A program made the translations under genes and the position numbers. This document shows positions 27,301 through 42,200 of a stretch of DNA of 64,000 nucleotides, one piece after another. Origin of the DNA: Antedon mediterranea (Eukaryota > Animalia > Echinodermata); NCBI RefSeq assembly GCF_964355755.1, contig NC_092673.1, positions 28,021,648-28,085,647 on the forward strand, read 5' to 3'. The notes under the pieces were generated by a model. It searched no databases and was not told the DNA's origin. It saw nothing but the letters and a program-made list of their open reading frames with translations. Positions within the stretch are counted from its first letter, which is position 1. Every line of letters begins with the position of its first letter.

Positions 27301-30300
27301 ACCATCAACAATGGAGCCCTCAACTACCGAGCCATCAACAACAGAGCCCTCAACTACTGAGCCATCAACTACAGAGCCCTCAACTACTGAACCATCTACT
27401 ACAGAACCATTAACAACAGAACCCTCAACGACAGAGCCCTCAACAACAGAGCCCTCAACTACAGAGCCATCAACTACAGAGCCCTCAACTACTGAGCCAT
27501 CAACTACAGAGCCCTCAACTACTGAGCTATCAACTACAGAGCTCTCAACTACGGAGCCATCAACCACAGGACCATCTACTACTGAACCATCAACGACAGA
27601 GCCATCTACTACAGAGTCATCGACTACTGAACCGTCAACTACTGAGCCATCAACTACAGAGCCCTCAACTACTGAACCATCTACTACAGAACCATCAACA
27701 ACAGAACCCTCAACGACAGAGCCCTCAACAACAGAGCCCTCAACAACAGAGCCCTCAACTACAGAGCCATCAACTACAGAGCCCTCAACTACTGAACCAT
27801 CAACAACAGAGCCCTCAACTACTGAACCATCAACTACAAAGCCCTCAACTACTGAGCCATCAACAACAGAGCCATCTACTACAGAGCCCTCAACTACTGA
27901 GGCATCAACCACACAACCATCTACTACTGAAGCATCTACTACAGAACCATCAACAACGGAGCCCTCAACTACTGTACCATCAACCACAGAACCATCTACT
28001 ACTGAATCATCAACGACAGAGCCATCTACTACAGAGCCATTGACTACTGAACCCTCAACTACTGAACAGTCAACTACTGAACCTTCTACTACTGAACGCT
28101 CAACTACTGAACCATCTACTACAGAACCATCAACAACGAAGCCCTCAACTACCGAGCCATCAACAACAGAGCCCTCAACTACTGAGCCATCAACTACAGA
28201 GCACTCAACTACTGACCTATCAACTACAGAGCCCTCAACTACTGAGTCATCAACCACAGAACCATCTACTACTGAACCACCAACGACAGAGCCATCTACT
28301 ACAGAGCCATCGACTACTGAACCCTCAACTACTGAGCCATCAACTACAGAACCCTCAACTACTGGGCTATCTACTACAGAACTATCAACAACAGAACCCT
28401 CAACGACAGAGCCCTCAACAACAGAGCCCTCAACAACAGAGCCCTCAACTACAGAGCCATCAACTACAGAGCCATCAACTACTGAACCATCAACAACAGA
28501 GCCCTTAACTACTGAGCCATCAACAACAGAGCCATCTACTACAGAGCCATCGACTACTGAACCCTCAACTACTGAACCCTCAACCACTGAACCTTTTACT
28601 ACTGAACCATCAACAACAGAGCCCTCAACTACTGAACCATCAACTACGGAGCCCTCAACCACAGAGCAATCAACTACTGAGCCTTCAACCACAGAACCTT
28701 CAACTACTGAACCATCGACAACAGAGTCATCTACTACAGAGCCATCGACTACTGAACCATCTACTACTGAACCCTCAACTACTGAACCATCTACTACTGA
28801 ACGCTCAACTACTGAACACTCTACTACAGAACCATCAACAACGGAGCCCTCAACTACCGAGCCATCAACAACAGAGCCCTCAACTACTGAGCCATCAACT
28901 ACAGAGCACTCAACTACTGACCTATCAACTACAGAGCCCTCAACTACTGAGCCATCAACCACAGAACCATCTACTACTGAACCACCAACGACAGAGCCAT
29001 CTACTACAGAGCCATCGACTACTGAACCCTCAACTACTGAGCCATCAACTACAGAACCCTCAGCTACTGGGCTATCTACTACAGAACTATCAACAACAGA
29101 ACCCTCAACGACAGAGCCCTCAACAACAGAGCCATCAACTACAGAGCCATCAACTACAGAGCCATCAACTACTGAACCATCAACAACAGAGCCCTCAACT
29201 ACTGAGCCATCAACTACAGAGCCCTCAACTACTGAGTCATCAACAACAGAGCCATCAACAACAGAGCCCTCAACTACTGAGGCATCAACCACACAACTAT
29301 CTACTACTGAAGCATCAACTACTGAAGCATCTACTACAGAACCATCAACAACGAAGCCCTCAACTACTGTGCCTTCAACCACAGAACCATTTACTACTGA
29401 ACTATCAACGACAGAGCCATCTACTACAGAGCCATCGACTACTGAACCCTTAAATACTGAACCATCAACAACAGAGCCCTCAACTACTGAGTCATCAACT
29501 ACGGAGCCCTCAACCACAGAGCCATCAACTACTGAGCCCTCAACCACAGGACCGTCAACTACTGAACCATCGACAACAGAGCCATCTACTACAGAGCCAT
29601 CGACTACTGAACTATCTACTACAGAGCCATCGACTACTGAACCATCTACTACTGAACCCTCAACTACTGAACCATCTACTACAGAACCATCAACAACGGA
29701 GCCCTCAACTACTCTACCATCAACAACAGAGCCCTCAACTACTGATCCATCAACAACAGAGCCCTCAACTACTGCGCTATCAACTAACGAGCCCTCAACT
29801 ACTGAGCCATCAACCACAGAATCATCTACTACTGAACCATCAACGACAGAGCCATCTACTACAGAGCCATCGACTACTGAACCCTCAACTACTCAGCCAT
29901 CAACTACAGAGCCTTCAACTACAGAACCATCAACTACAGAGCCCTCAACAACAGATCCATCTACTACAGAGCTCTCAACTACTGAGGCATCAACCACACA
30001 ACCATCTACTACTGAAGCATCTACTACTGAAGCATCTACTACAGAACCATCAACAACGGAGCCCTCAACTACTGTGCCATCAACCAAAGAACCATCTACT
30101 ACTGAACCATCTACTACTGAACCATCAACGACAGAGCCATCTACTACAGAGCCATCGACTACTGAACCCTCAACTACTGAGCCATCAACTACAGAGCCCT
30201 CAACTACTGAACCATCTACTACAGAACCATCAACAACAGAGCCCTCAACAACAGAGCCCTCAACTACTGAGCCATCAACAACAGAGCCATCTACTACAGA

Positions 30301-33300
30301 GCCATCGACTACTGAACCCTCAACTACTGAACCCTCAACCACTGAACCTTTTACTACTGAACCATCAACAACACAGCCCTCAACTACTGACTCATCAACT
30401 ACGGAGCCCTCAACCACAGAGCAATCAACTACTGAGCCTTCAACCACAGAACCTTCAACTACTGAACCATCGACAACAGATACATCTACTACAGAGCCAT
30501 CGACTACTGAACCATCTACTACTGAACTCTCAACTACTGAACCATCTACTACTGAACCCTCAACTACTGAACCATCTACTACAGAACCATCAACAACGGA
30601 GCCCTCAACTAGTGAACCATCAACAACAGAGCTCTCAACTATTGATCCATCAACTACAGAGCCCTCAACTACTGAGCTATCAACTACAGAGCCCTCAACT
30701 ACTGAGCTATCAACCACAGAACCATCTACTACTGTACCATCAACGACAGAGCCATTTACTACAGAGCCATCGACTACTGAACCCTCAACTACTGAGCCAT
30801 CAACTACAGAGCCCTCAACTACTGAACCATCTACTACAGAACCATCAACAACAGAACCCTCAACGACACAGCCCTCAACAACAGAGCCCTCAACTACAGA
30901 GCCATCAACTACAGAGCCCTCAACTACTGAACCATCAACAACAGAGCCATCTACTACAGAACCATCTACTACTGAACCATCAACAACAGAGCTCTCAACT
31001 ACTGAGCCATCAACTACAGAGTCCTCAACCACAGAGCCATCGACTACTGAGCGTTCAACTACAGAGCCTTCAACTACTGAGCCATCAACCACAGAGCCAT
31101 CAACTACTGAGCCATCAACCACAGAGCAATTGACAACAGAGCCATCTACTACAGAGCCATCGACTACTGAACCATCAACGACAGAGCCCTCAACAACAGA
31201 GCCATCAACTACAGAGCCCTCGACTACTGAACCATCAACAACAGAGCCCTCAACTACTGAGCCATCGACTACTGAGCCTTCGACTACTGAGCCTTCAACT
31301 ACAGAGCCCTCAACTACTGAGCCATCAACCACAGAACCATCGACTACTGAACCATCGACAACAGAGCCATCTACTACAGAGCCATCGACCACTGAAGGAT
31401 CTACTACTGAACCCTCGACTACTGAACCATTTACTACAGAACCATCAACTACGGAGCCCTCAACCACAGAGCCATCGACTACTGAACCTTCAACTACAGA
31501 ACCATCTACTACTGAGCCATCGACTACAGAGCCCTCAACTACTGAGCCATCGACCACAGAGCCCTCAACTACTGAGCCATCCACCACAGAGCCATCTACT
31601 ACTGAACCATCTACTACTGAACCATCAACAACAGAGCACTCAACTACTGAGCCATCAACAACAGAGCCCTCAACTACTGAGCCATCAACCACTGAGCCAT
31701 CTACTACAGAACCATCTACTACTGAACCATCAACAACAGAGCTCTCAACTACTGAGCCATCAACTACAGAGTCCTCAACCACAGAGCCATCGACTACTGA
31801 GAGTTCAACTACAGAGCCTTCAACTACTGAGCCATCAACCACAGAGCCATCAACTACTGAGCCATCAACCACAGAGCAATTGACAACAGAGCCATCTACT
31901 ACAGAGCCATCGACTACTGAACCATCAACGACAGAGCCCTCAACAACAGAGCCATCAACTACAGAGCCCTCGACTACTGAACCATCAACAACAGAGCCCT
32001 CAACTACTGAGCCATCGACTACTGAGCCTTCGACTACTGAGCCTTCAACTACAGAGCCCTCAACTACTGAACCATCAACCACAGAACCATCGACTACTGA
32101 ACCATCGACAACAGAGCCATCTACTACAGAGCCATCGACCACTGAAGGATCTACTACTGAACCCTCGACTACTGAACCATTTACTACAGAACCATCAACT
32201 ACGGAGCCCTCAACCACAGAGCCATCGACTACTGAACCTTCAACTACAGAACCATCTACTACTGAGCCATCGACTACAGAGCCCTCAACTACTGAGCCAT
32301 CGACCACAGAGCCCTCAACTACTGAGCCATCCACCACAGAGCCATCTACTACTGAACCATCTACTACTGAACCATCAACAACAGAGCACTCAACTACTGA
32401 GCCATCAACAACAGAGCCCTCAACTACTGAGCCATCAACCACTGAGCCATCTACTACAGAACCATCTACTACTGAACCATCAACAACAGAGCTCTCAACT
32501 ACTGAGCCATCAACTACAGAGTCCTCAACCACAGAGCCATCGACTACTGAGCGTTCAACTACAGAGCCTTCAACTACTGAGCCATCAACCACAGAGCCAT
32601 CAACTACTGAGCCATCAACCACAGAGCAATTGACAACAGAGCCATCTACTACAGAGCCATCGACTACTGAACCATCAACGACAGAGCCCTCAACAACAGA
32701 GCCATCTACTACAGAGCCATCGACTACTGAACCATCAACTACTGAACCATCGACAACAGAGCCATCTACTACAGAGCCATCGACTACTGAACCATCTACT
32801 ACTGAACCATCTAATACTGAACCCTCAACTACTGAACTTTCTACTACTAAACCATCAACAACAGAGCCCTCAACTACTGAGCCATCAACTACAGAGCCCT
32901 CAACTACTGAGCTATCAACTACAGAGCTCTCAACTACTGAGCCATCAACCACAGAACCATCTACTACTGAACCATCAACGACAGAGCCATCTACTACAGA
33001 GCCATCGACTACTGAACCCTCAACTACTGAGCCATCAACTACAGAACCCTCAACTACTGAACCATCTACTACAGAACCATCAACAACAGAACCCTCAACG
33101 ACAGAGCCCTCAACAACAGAGCCCTCAACTACAGAGCCATCAACTACAGAGCCCTCAACTACTGAACCATCAACAACAGAGCCCTCAACTACTGAACCAT
33201 CAACTACAAAGCCCTCAACTACTGAGCCATCAACAACAGAGCCATCTACTACAGAGCCCTCAACTACTGAGGCATCAACCACACAACCATCTACCACTGA

Positions 33301-36242
33301 AGCATCTACTACAGAACCATCAACAACGGAGCCCTCAACTACTGTGCCATCAACCACAGAACCATCTACTACTGAATCATCAATGACAGAGCCATCTACT
33401 ACAGAGCCATTGACTACTGAACCCTCAACTACTGAACAGTCAACTACTGAACCTTCTACTACTGAACGCTCAACTACTGAACCATCTACTACAGAACCAT
33501 CAACAACGGAGCCCTCAACTACCGAGCCATCAACAACAGAGCCCTCAACTACTGAGCCATCAACTACTGAACCATCTACTACAGAACCATCAACAACAGA
33601 ACCCTCAACGACAGAGCCCTCAACAACAGAGCCCTCAACTACAGAGCCATCAACTACAGAGCCCTCAACTACTGAGCCATCAACTACAGAGCCCTCAACT
33701 ACTGAGCTATCAACTACAGAGCTCTCAACTACGGAGCCATCAACCACAGGACCATCTACTACTGAACCATCAACGACAGAGCCATCTACTACAGAGCCAT
33801 CGACTACTGAACCGTCAACTACTGAGCCATCAACTACAGAGCCCTCAACTACTGAACCATCTACTACAGAACCATCAACAACAGAACCCTCAACGACAGA
33901 GCCCTCAACAACAGAGCCCTCAACTACAGAGCCATCAACTACAGAGCCCTCAACTACTGAACCATCAACAACAGAGCCCTCAACTACTGAACCATCAACT
34001 ACAAAGCCATCAACAACAGAGCCATCTACTACAGAGCCCTCAACTACTGAGGCATCAACCACACAACCATCTACTACTGAAGCATCTACTACAGAACCAT
34101 CAACAACGGAGCCCTCAACTACTGTACCATCAACCACAGAACCATCTACTACTGAATCATCAACGACAGAGCCATCTACTACAGAGCCATTGACTACTGA
34201 ACCCTCAACTACTGAACAGTCAACTACTGAACCTTCTACTACTGAACGCTCAACTACTGAACCATCTACTACAGAACCATCAACAACGGAGCCCTCAACT
34301 ACCGAGCCATCAACAACAGAGCCCTCAACTACTGAGCCATCAACTACAGAGCACTCAACTACTGACCTATCAACTACAGAGCCCTCAACTACTGAGTCAT
34401 CAACCACAGAACCATCTACTACTGAACCACCAACGACAGAGCCATCTACTACAGAGCCATCGACTACTGAACCCTCAACTACTGAGCCATCAACTACAGA
34501 ACCCTCAACTACTGGGCTATCTACTACAGAACTATCAACAACAGAACCCTCAACGACAGAGCCCTCAACAACAGAGCCCTCAACTACAGAGCCATCAACT
34601 ACAGAGCCATCAACTACTGAACCATCAACAACAGAGCCCTCAACTACTGAGCCATCAACTACAGAGCCCTCAACTACTGAGCCATCAACAACAGAGCCAT
34701 CAACAACAGAGCCCTCAACTACTGAGGCATCAACCACACAACTATCTACTACTGAAGCATCAACTACTGAAGCATCTACTACAGAACCATCAACAACGGA
34801 GCCCTCAACTACTGTGCCATCAACCAAAGAACCATCTACTACTGAACCATCAACGACAGAGCCATCTACTACAGAGCCATCGACTACTGAACCCTCAACT
34901 ACTGAGCCATCAACTACAGAGCCCTCAACTACTGAACCATCTACTACAGAACCATCAACAACAGAGCCCTCAACAACAGAGCCCTCAACTACTGAGCCAT
35001 CAACAACAGAGCCATCTACTATAGAGCCATCGACTACTGAACCCTCAACTACTGAACCCTCAACCACTGAACCTTTTACTACTGAACCATCAACAACAGA
35101 GCCCTCAACTACTGAACCATCAACTACGGAGCCCTCAACCACAGAGCAATCAACTACTGAGCCCTCAACCACAGAACCTTCAACTACTGAACCATCGACA
35201 ACAGAGACATCTACTACAGAGCCATCGACTACTGAACCATCTACTACTGAACCCTCAACTACTGAACCATCTACTACTGAACCCTCAACTACTGAACCAT
35301 CTACTACAGAACCATCAACAACGGAGCCCTCAACTACTGTACCATCAACAACAGAGCCCTCAACTACTGATCCATCAACAACAGAGCCCTCAACTACTGA
35401 CCTATCAACTACAGAGCCCTCAACTACTGAGCCATCAACCACAGAACCATCTACTACTGAACCACCAACGACAGAGCCATCTACTACAGAGCCATCGACT
35501 ACTGAACCCTCAACTACTGAGCCATCAACTACAGAACCCTCAGCTACTGGGATATCTACTACAGAACTATCAACAACAGAACCCTCAACGACAGAGCCCT
35601 CAACAACAGAGCCATCAACTACAGAGCCATCAACTACAGAGCCATCAACTACTGAACCATCAACAACAGAGCCCTCAACTACTGAGCCATCAACTACAGA
35701 GCCCTCAACTACTGAGTCATCAACAACAGAGCCATCAACAACAGAGCCCTCAACTACTGAGGCATCAACCACACAACTATCTACTACTGAAGCATCAACT
35801 ACTGAAGCATCTACTACAGAACCATCAACAACGAAGCCCTCAACTACTGTGCCATCAACCACAGAACCATTTACTACTGAACTATCAACGACAGAGCCAC
35901 CTACTACAGAGCCATCGACTACTGAACCTTCAACTACTGTGTCCTCAACTATTGAAACCTTAACTACTGAGCTGTCGACTATTGAACCACCAACTACAGA
36001 ACCATCAACTACTGAAGGATCAATAACTATGTCCTCAACTACAGAGCCTTTGACTACTGGGCCCTCTACTACTGGATTCTCGACTACTGAACCATCCACT
36101 GCAGAGCGTTTTACTACTGAGCATTCAACTACCGTGCCATCCACTACAGAGCGTTTGACTACTGAGCCTTCGACAACAGTGCCGTTGACTACTAAGACAT
36201 TAACGACAGAATTATCAACTACAGAGCTGTCAACTATGGCAG
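24339..36242 (+). CDS. Mucin PTS exon, about 790 x 15-bp repeats encoding STTEP (11,904 bp, phase 1-1)
   Basis: Stop-free frame 24317-36253; acceptor gatag|TT at 24338/9 (in-phase alternatives after 24326 and 24347); donor GCAG|gtaagt at 36242; variation concentrated at wobble positions. Confidence 0.9.
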
Positions 36243-39200
36243 GTAAGTCTTGAAATTGCTATGATTATTGGCCTTTTTTAATTTTTAATTCAGTCAATTT
36301 AAATATATCTACAGTTTATACAGTTATTGGCACTGAACAAATGCTCTTACATGCTTTTATTTTGACTGTTCTTTAGAGTTCTTTGCTCTGAAGTTGTTAA
36401 GTTATGAATTGTACTTGATTTACAACATATTTAAATTCTAGTTTCCATATGCATGATTGGACTGCGTCTATGCCCCAAAACAACAAACATTTGCATGCCG
36501 AGCACTTGGTTTTGTGATGGGGAGCATGATTGCCCTGACGGTGAAGACGAGACTGAAGATTCTGGTTGTTGTAAGTTTATGCTAAACATCGGATTTTTAA
36601 ATAATAGTAATTTTGTAAGTTGTCCTAATGTGTTTCCACCTCCACAATATTCGTTACTGGTATGCACGGATTTGCAAGATATACAGAATGTTTATTAAAG
36701 TTATGTTCCCAAAAAGCATAATGAAGATTATTGACATAAGACTTTGCTGCTGTAATTCTGTAGAAAAAAAAAATGATTTCACTATAAAATATATAAACGG
36801 TTAAATTTAACAGCCAATGGGCTTCTGGTTGACTATTTTTTGTTATACCTGACGATGTCACACATTTTATAGTGATAGTGAACCTGTTCAATGTTATGTA
36901 AATTATATTTCATCATAAAGTGCCCTATCCAATAATTTACATTATTTATATCACATACTACAATAATTTTACCATGAATGGATGACTAGCAGGAAATCTA
37001 ATAGACCAAACCCAGTACCGTTTTAATTTCGATCATTCGGGAAATCTCCTCTTGATATATATTCATGTTGTCCGTTCAATAGTTCACTACGCAGGCAGAA
37101 CCAAGGATGACCAAATCATATTAAATATCATTTATTCATCATCGTTATCATCAAAATATAAAGAAAAATCAGAATTATAAAAACAGGTCGATGAAAAGGA
37201 AACACAAAAATACAAAATCTCTCTCGAAATAAAATCGAAATGAGCTTGATGATAGTGTACCCTTAAAATTACAAGAACATTGAAAAAAAAACTCATAATC
37301 ATACTAAATAACATTTTAACAAATAAATACACTTTAACACTTTACCCAAAACGACTGCTTTAAATAATTTAAAATGATAATAGATGTTTTTATATTAAAG
37401 TTCAGTTAAGTTTACATGTTGTAATTCTTAGTTCAGTTCAGACGATGCATTGGGATAACCATGAAGACATTTCTTTCTTAAATTGCATTTCTGCTACCTT
37501 TCTATGTTATACTCCGGATATATTTAAGTATTGATTTCGTTGTGTTGCACAATAATATGTATACCCGCTGCTAAATTTCAATGTATGACATTGTATTTTT
37601 TTTATGTTTTTTTTGCATTTTGTAGATTGTTTGGAAAATGAATTGCGTTGTGGAAATACGATTTGTATGGATGAAGCAAAGTTTTGTGATGGATATCCTT
37701 TCGATTGTAAAATTCCATTTAATTACGATGAAACTGGTCCACTTTGTGAAGGTACTATAAAGGTTCTTTAACACCTGCTTTGGGTTCGACTCGGCTCCTG
37801 CAAGTATACACTCGGTACAACAGTCTGGCGCGAACTGGAGCCGGAGCCGGGACGAGCCTGTAGTGCATTGACATGTTTAAGGTATAGCTAGTGTTTGACT
37901 ATTTATTTATATCTCTGAGATGATTTCATCTTATGTATTTGTTTATATTCTAGAATATTGTGACCCACCAGTGCCGCTGTCTAATGGTTGGCAAACAAGT
38001 CCCACAGTTAAACTCCGATACGAAAATGGCACCCAGTTTACATTTCAATGTAATGATGGGTATACCTTGATTTATCCTGTACCTCTTGTATGTTTAAATG
38101 GTGAATTGGTCAACAATCAGCCAAACTGTTATCGTAAGTTTGTAACAATTATAAAGTTAAGTTTTGAAGTTTCGAGTAACTTTCAATTAAAACAGTATTG
38201 TTCTTTTACAACTGTACATGCATCTATATAAGAAATATAAAATAAACGATAAAAAGAAGTAATTAAAATAATTATTTTAATTCAATTCCGCATACACCAC
38301 CCATATACATGATTAAATTTGGGTAAAATTACGGTAAAACTAAACGAACGAACCATCACGTATCTTTAAGCTAATATGCACCCCTGACAAAATAATAAAT
38401 ATTGACTATGTTAACACTAGCTGCTTTTAATATTGCATTTTTAATTTAACTTTAATTTTACCAACTTAGTGAAGTGTTCTAAACCAACTGCTGTAGAAAA
38501 TGGTGAATGGACTGGAGAGGCAATTGTTGAACACGGTGATAGCGTCTCTGTTACCTGCAACGATGGGTATACACTGCAGCCACCGATGCCAATAGAATAT
38601 ACATGCAACGATGGCATTTTTGATCCATCAGAGAGTGATGGAGAGAGCTTCTCAAAAAATTCTGGAAAACAGTGCAGAGGTAAGTATGTGAATGTTTTAA
38701 AGAAGCTTTACTTTACGAGCGATTTCTCTCCTCATTTTAAACCCTATTTGATGTATTCATAATATATAGAAGTGTGGTTCCATTATATAGTTATGTAAAA
38801 GGCTACTAAACGATTAAACACATATTTGCATTTTAGATATTAATGAATGTGAAAATGGAGAGAATGACTGTGATGAAAATGCTATATGTACAAATAATGT
38901 GGGCTCTTACACATGTGCTTGTAATGAAGGATTTTCGGGTGATGGTATGACATGCTCAGGTAATGTACTGCCCTCAAATTAATAATCTCACTCTCAGTAA
39001 TTATTAAAACAGTGTTCTATCGAAGCCAGTTTTACCGGAATGAATTGCTTTCATTAAATATGGTATAAGAAAGTATAACATACAATAAACCCTAATTGCC
39101 TTGTAAATTAGTTGTATGCGTAAAACAAGAACATTTTTGTATTAGACTTCAGATACATTTGTACTCAGTATTCAGTTTCTCACTTAATTGTCTGGAAATA

Positions 39201-42200
39201 ATTTATAAAATTTAAACATCACTTTGAAAAGAACAATACATTTTCTTTTCTATAATTTTACCCAAACAAAAATTGCAAAATATTATTGTCAAACGTTACT
39301 CTATTTGTCTTTCATAGTCATATTTTGGATTTTTTCACATTTTAATAATTATTAAGAAGGTATCAAGATACCATAAGACCTGTTTGATTTTATTGTCTTG
39401 TTTTGTCCTGCATATGATTGGTTCTCCAAGCTGTGACCTGGGATGTTTTTTCACTCTTATGTTTTTTTAAATAAAGGATGATTTGACGAGATGCTGAACC
39501 ATGTTTTCTTGGTTGCAGATTTATTTGTTTTGAAACAAACCAAAGCTTCTAACATTTATTGTATTTATTTTCAATTGTAAACAGATATTAATGAATGTAA
39601 TGGTGATTTTGAATGCTCTGAATTTGCTGATTGTGTAAATACTATTGGATCTTATGACTGCGAATGTAGGGAAAACTATGGCGGTGATGGGAAGTACTGT
39701 TATGGTGAGAATGTTTGTTTTGTTTAATTGGTAGATCAACACGATTGCGCTCAATCACTCATTTAGCAGTAAACTATAGACTGACGCATCTCTGTTTTCT
39801 GACATGCATTAATTTGCATCAGTAATGGCTTAAAGTCAGCTGGGTTACTTGATTGTCAAGACCAAGACAAATACTGGTAACCGAAAATCTTTTACCCATC
39901 TCACTTATATTCCCAATGGTCTTGACTATTTTGCATTATCATTCATGTGGACGATCAAAGGACATCATCATATCATCATGATAACGTCTAAAAGGTATTT
40001 TTTAACCATATTTAATGAGGGTGATCCATCCAGCTATTGCTGATCATTAGGGACCCTCAGAGGTTCCCAAAACATATATACGATATAAGATATATATAAG
40101 ATGCTTTACATAAACAATGTCTTATTACAAGTCTTTGGGAGTAGAGTTGTAATTTGGTCCTTTGAAAAAATTATGACATGTGACGGGACTTGAACCCAGG
40201 ACATTTGGAGTGGTAGCCAAGCATCATAACCACCAAACAACAACAACAGCTCTTGTCAGCAAAAAACACTTTATATAATTTCGACATGCGAACCTTCAAC
40301 ATTATCGTTGTTTTCTTTAATATGTTAGAACTACTGTATTTTGCCTATGGTGAAAGCGATGGTGATAGTAGTCTGCTGCTTGCATCGTCTCAAAACAACT
40401 TTAAGACTATTGGTGACTATGTTTCTAGACCATTCTCCCCGGCAACAGGAATTGCATTTGGAAGACAATTTTTATCAAATTGCTATGTAAGTAAACAATC
40501 TATATATAAATTATGGTTAATTCTGACATAGGCGAGCACAATGCAAAAACTTTGGTACAAATCTCCGCCTTGGATACCTACCTTATCTATCTCAGATGTA
40601 CCGCGAAACGTAGATTTGATAACATTAGTTTCTTAGGAAGAATATTATAAAGGGTTTTATAAGAAATTTTCTGATTTCAATCGGTAAATTTTAACTCTAC
40701 GCGCGGTAGAAGTAATTTCCGGGTTCAGGTGTTGGTTTCAACCAGGGAGTTGTAAAACAACTACCTGTTTCAACTAAGTTGGCCGTTGGTGCTTGGTGGC
40801 GATAGCCATTTTGGGTTTTTTTTCGGACCGCGCGTGTGAAGGTATATAATAGTAGTACATAAACACCGATAGCCGAGTTGTTAGTAAGCTGCCAAGACTT
40901 TATGTACACTGTGCGCTATCTGTGTCCCGTCAGGACCCTGGGATACTTCTACTTCTGCCTTCTGTTGCAAGCCGTCTAAAACGTCTTTCTTCTTAGGCCA
41001 CTGTGTCGTGGAATAATGTATTAATTATACCAATTAGGATGGTATTTATTTGAATAAACGCCCGGAACATCTCCCCAATAAAACATCAATTAAAATAATT
41101 ATCTCGCTACCAACCCCACCCCAAATACATCTAATAAACGCCCATCCACAATATTATATTTATAACCCAATATATACTATTTTTAGTAGATTTATTCGGA
41201 CTGTTGTCTACAATTTACCAAGCATTTGTTATTCTTTTTTACCACTTTTCATATCTACAATAAACACTATACGCCTAAAACACTATTAATCTTCTAAGAC
41301 ACTTAGGTTAGTGAGTACGTTTAGTTTTACGAATATCAAAAGCATTTAAATAATGGTAACCGACCGAAATTGTCCAGGCCAGAATGTCCTTCTAAAACTG
41401 TTTACGTCCCGAGCCATTATCATTCCGAGAACCATCGTCTACACTTCCTAGAGGGGGAGCGAGCGAAGCGAGCTCACCCGCTAGTAAATATAATTAGTAG
41501 TGTAGCTTTGTTTGATTAGGGCAGTCCTCTAAGTATGAATCTAAATCACGTACCATTTTTCTAATAGCGTTCAGTGACATGGGCACCAACTTTCTTTCTC
41601 TACCACTAATTAAAGTCTAGGTAGTGAAAAACACTTTCCATACATGTTTTTTAGGAAAAAATCGAAATTCCAACTGGATACATAAAAAAAAGACAATAAC
41701 TAGTTGGACAAAAAGAAGTGTGATGTGCCCAAATATGGTAGTGGCATGATATTGTCATGCCCATATATGGGCACATCACATTTTTTGTTGTCAAATAACG
41801 TTTGATAGTGTAGACAGAGCTTAATACGTATTCGAAAAGATAACTAATGAATAATTCATGTTTTCTGCATGCATCACTTACCTACGAAATGTATATTAGC
41901 ATTCTCCACTGGTATCTAATGACGTATAACCATGGTAACCTACTGCTGCTGCTGTTGTTCTTTTATTGGATGGTGGTATGTTACCAAATTCACTAAAAAC
42001 TCAGTAAATAAAACAAATATTGCTTTTCTTTTCTTAATAGTTCACTCAAAATGGAAACTTTGTGTTGCAAGATAACGATGCTGTTGTGGTAACTTATCCC
42101 AGACCTCCCTTAAATGGGTTTGTTAGTTCTGAGCGACTTAACTTCATTTCACCTTTCTGGAGTAAAGGATACCTGATTAGTGATGATATTAGCGATGTCT

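Noticed and set aside
30612-31133. 173-aa Q/L/S/H-rich ORF
   Set aside because: Alternative frame of the mucin repeat.
24313-36144. Two huge antisense ORFs ([10 protein letters not shown])n, 1834 and 2083 aa
   Set aside because: Shadow of the sense repeat, which rarely creates stops in that register. Splice sites and downstream domains support only the + strand frame.
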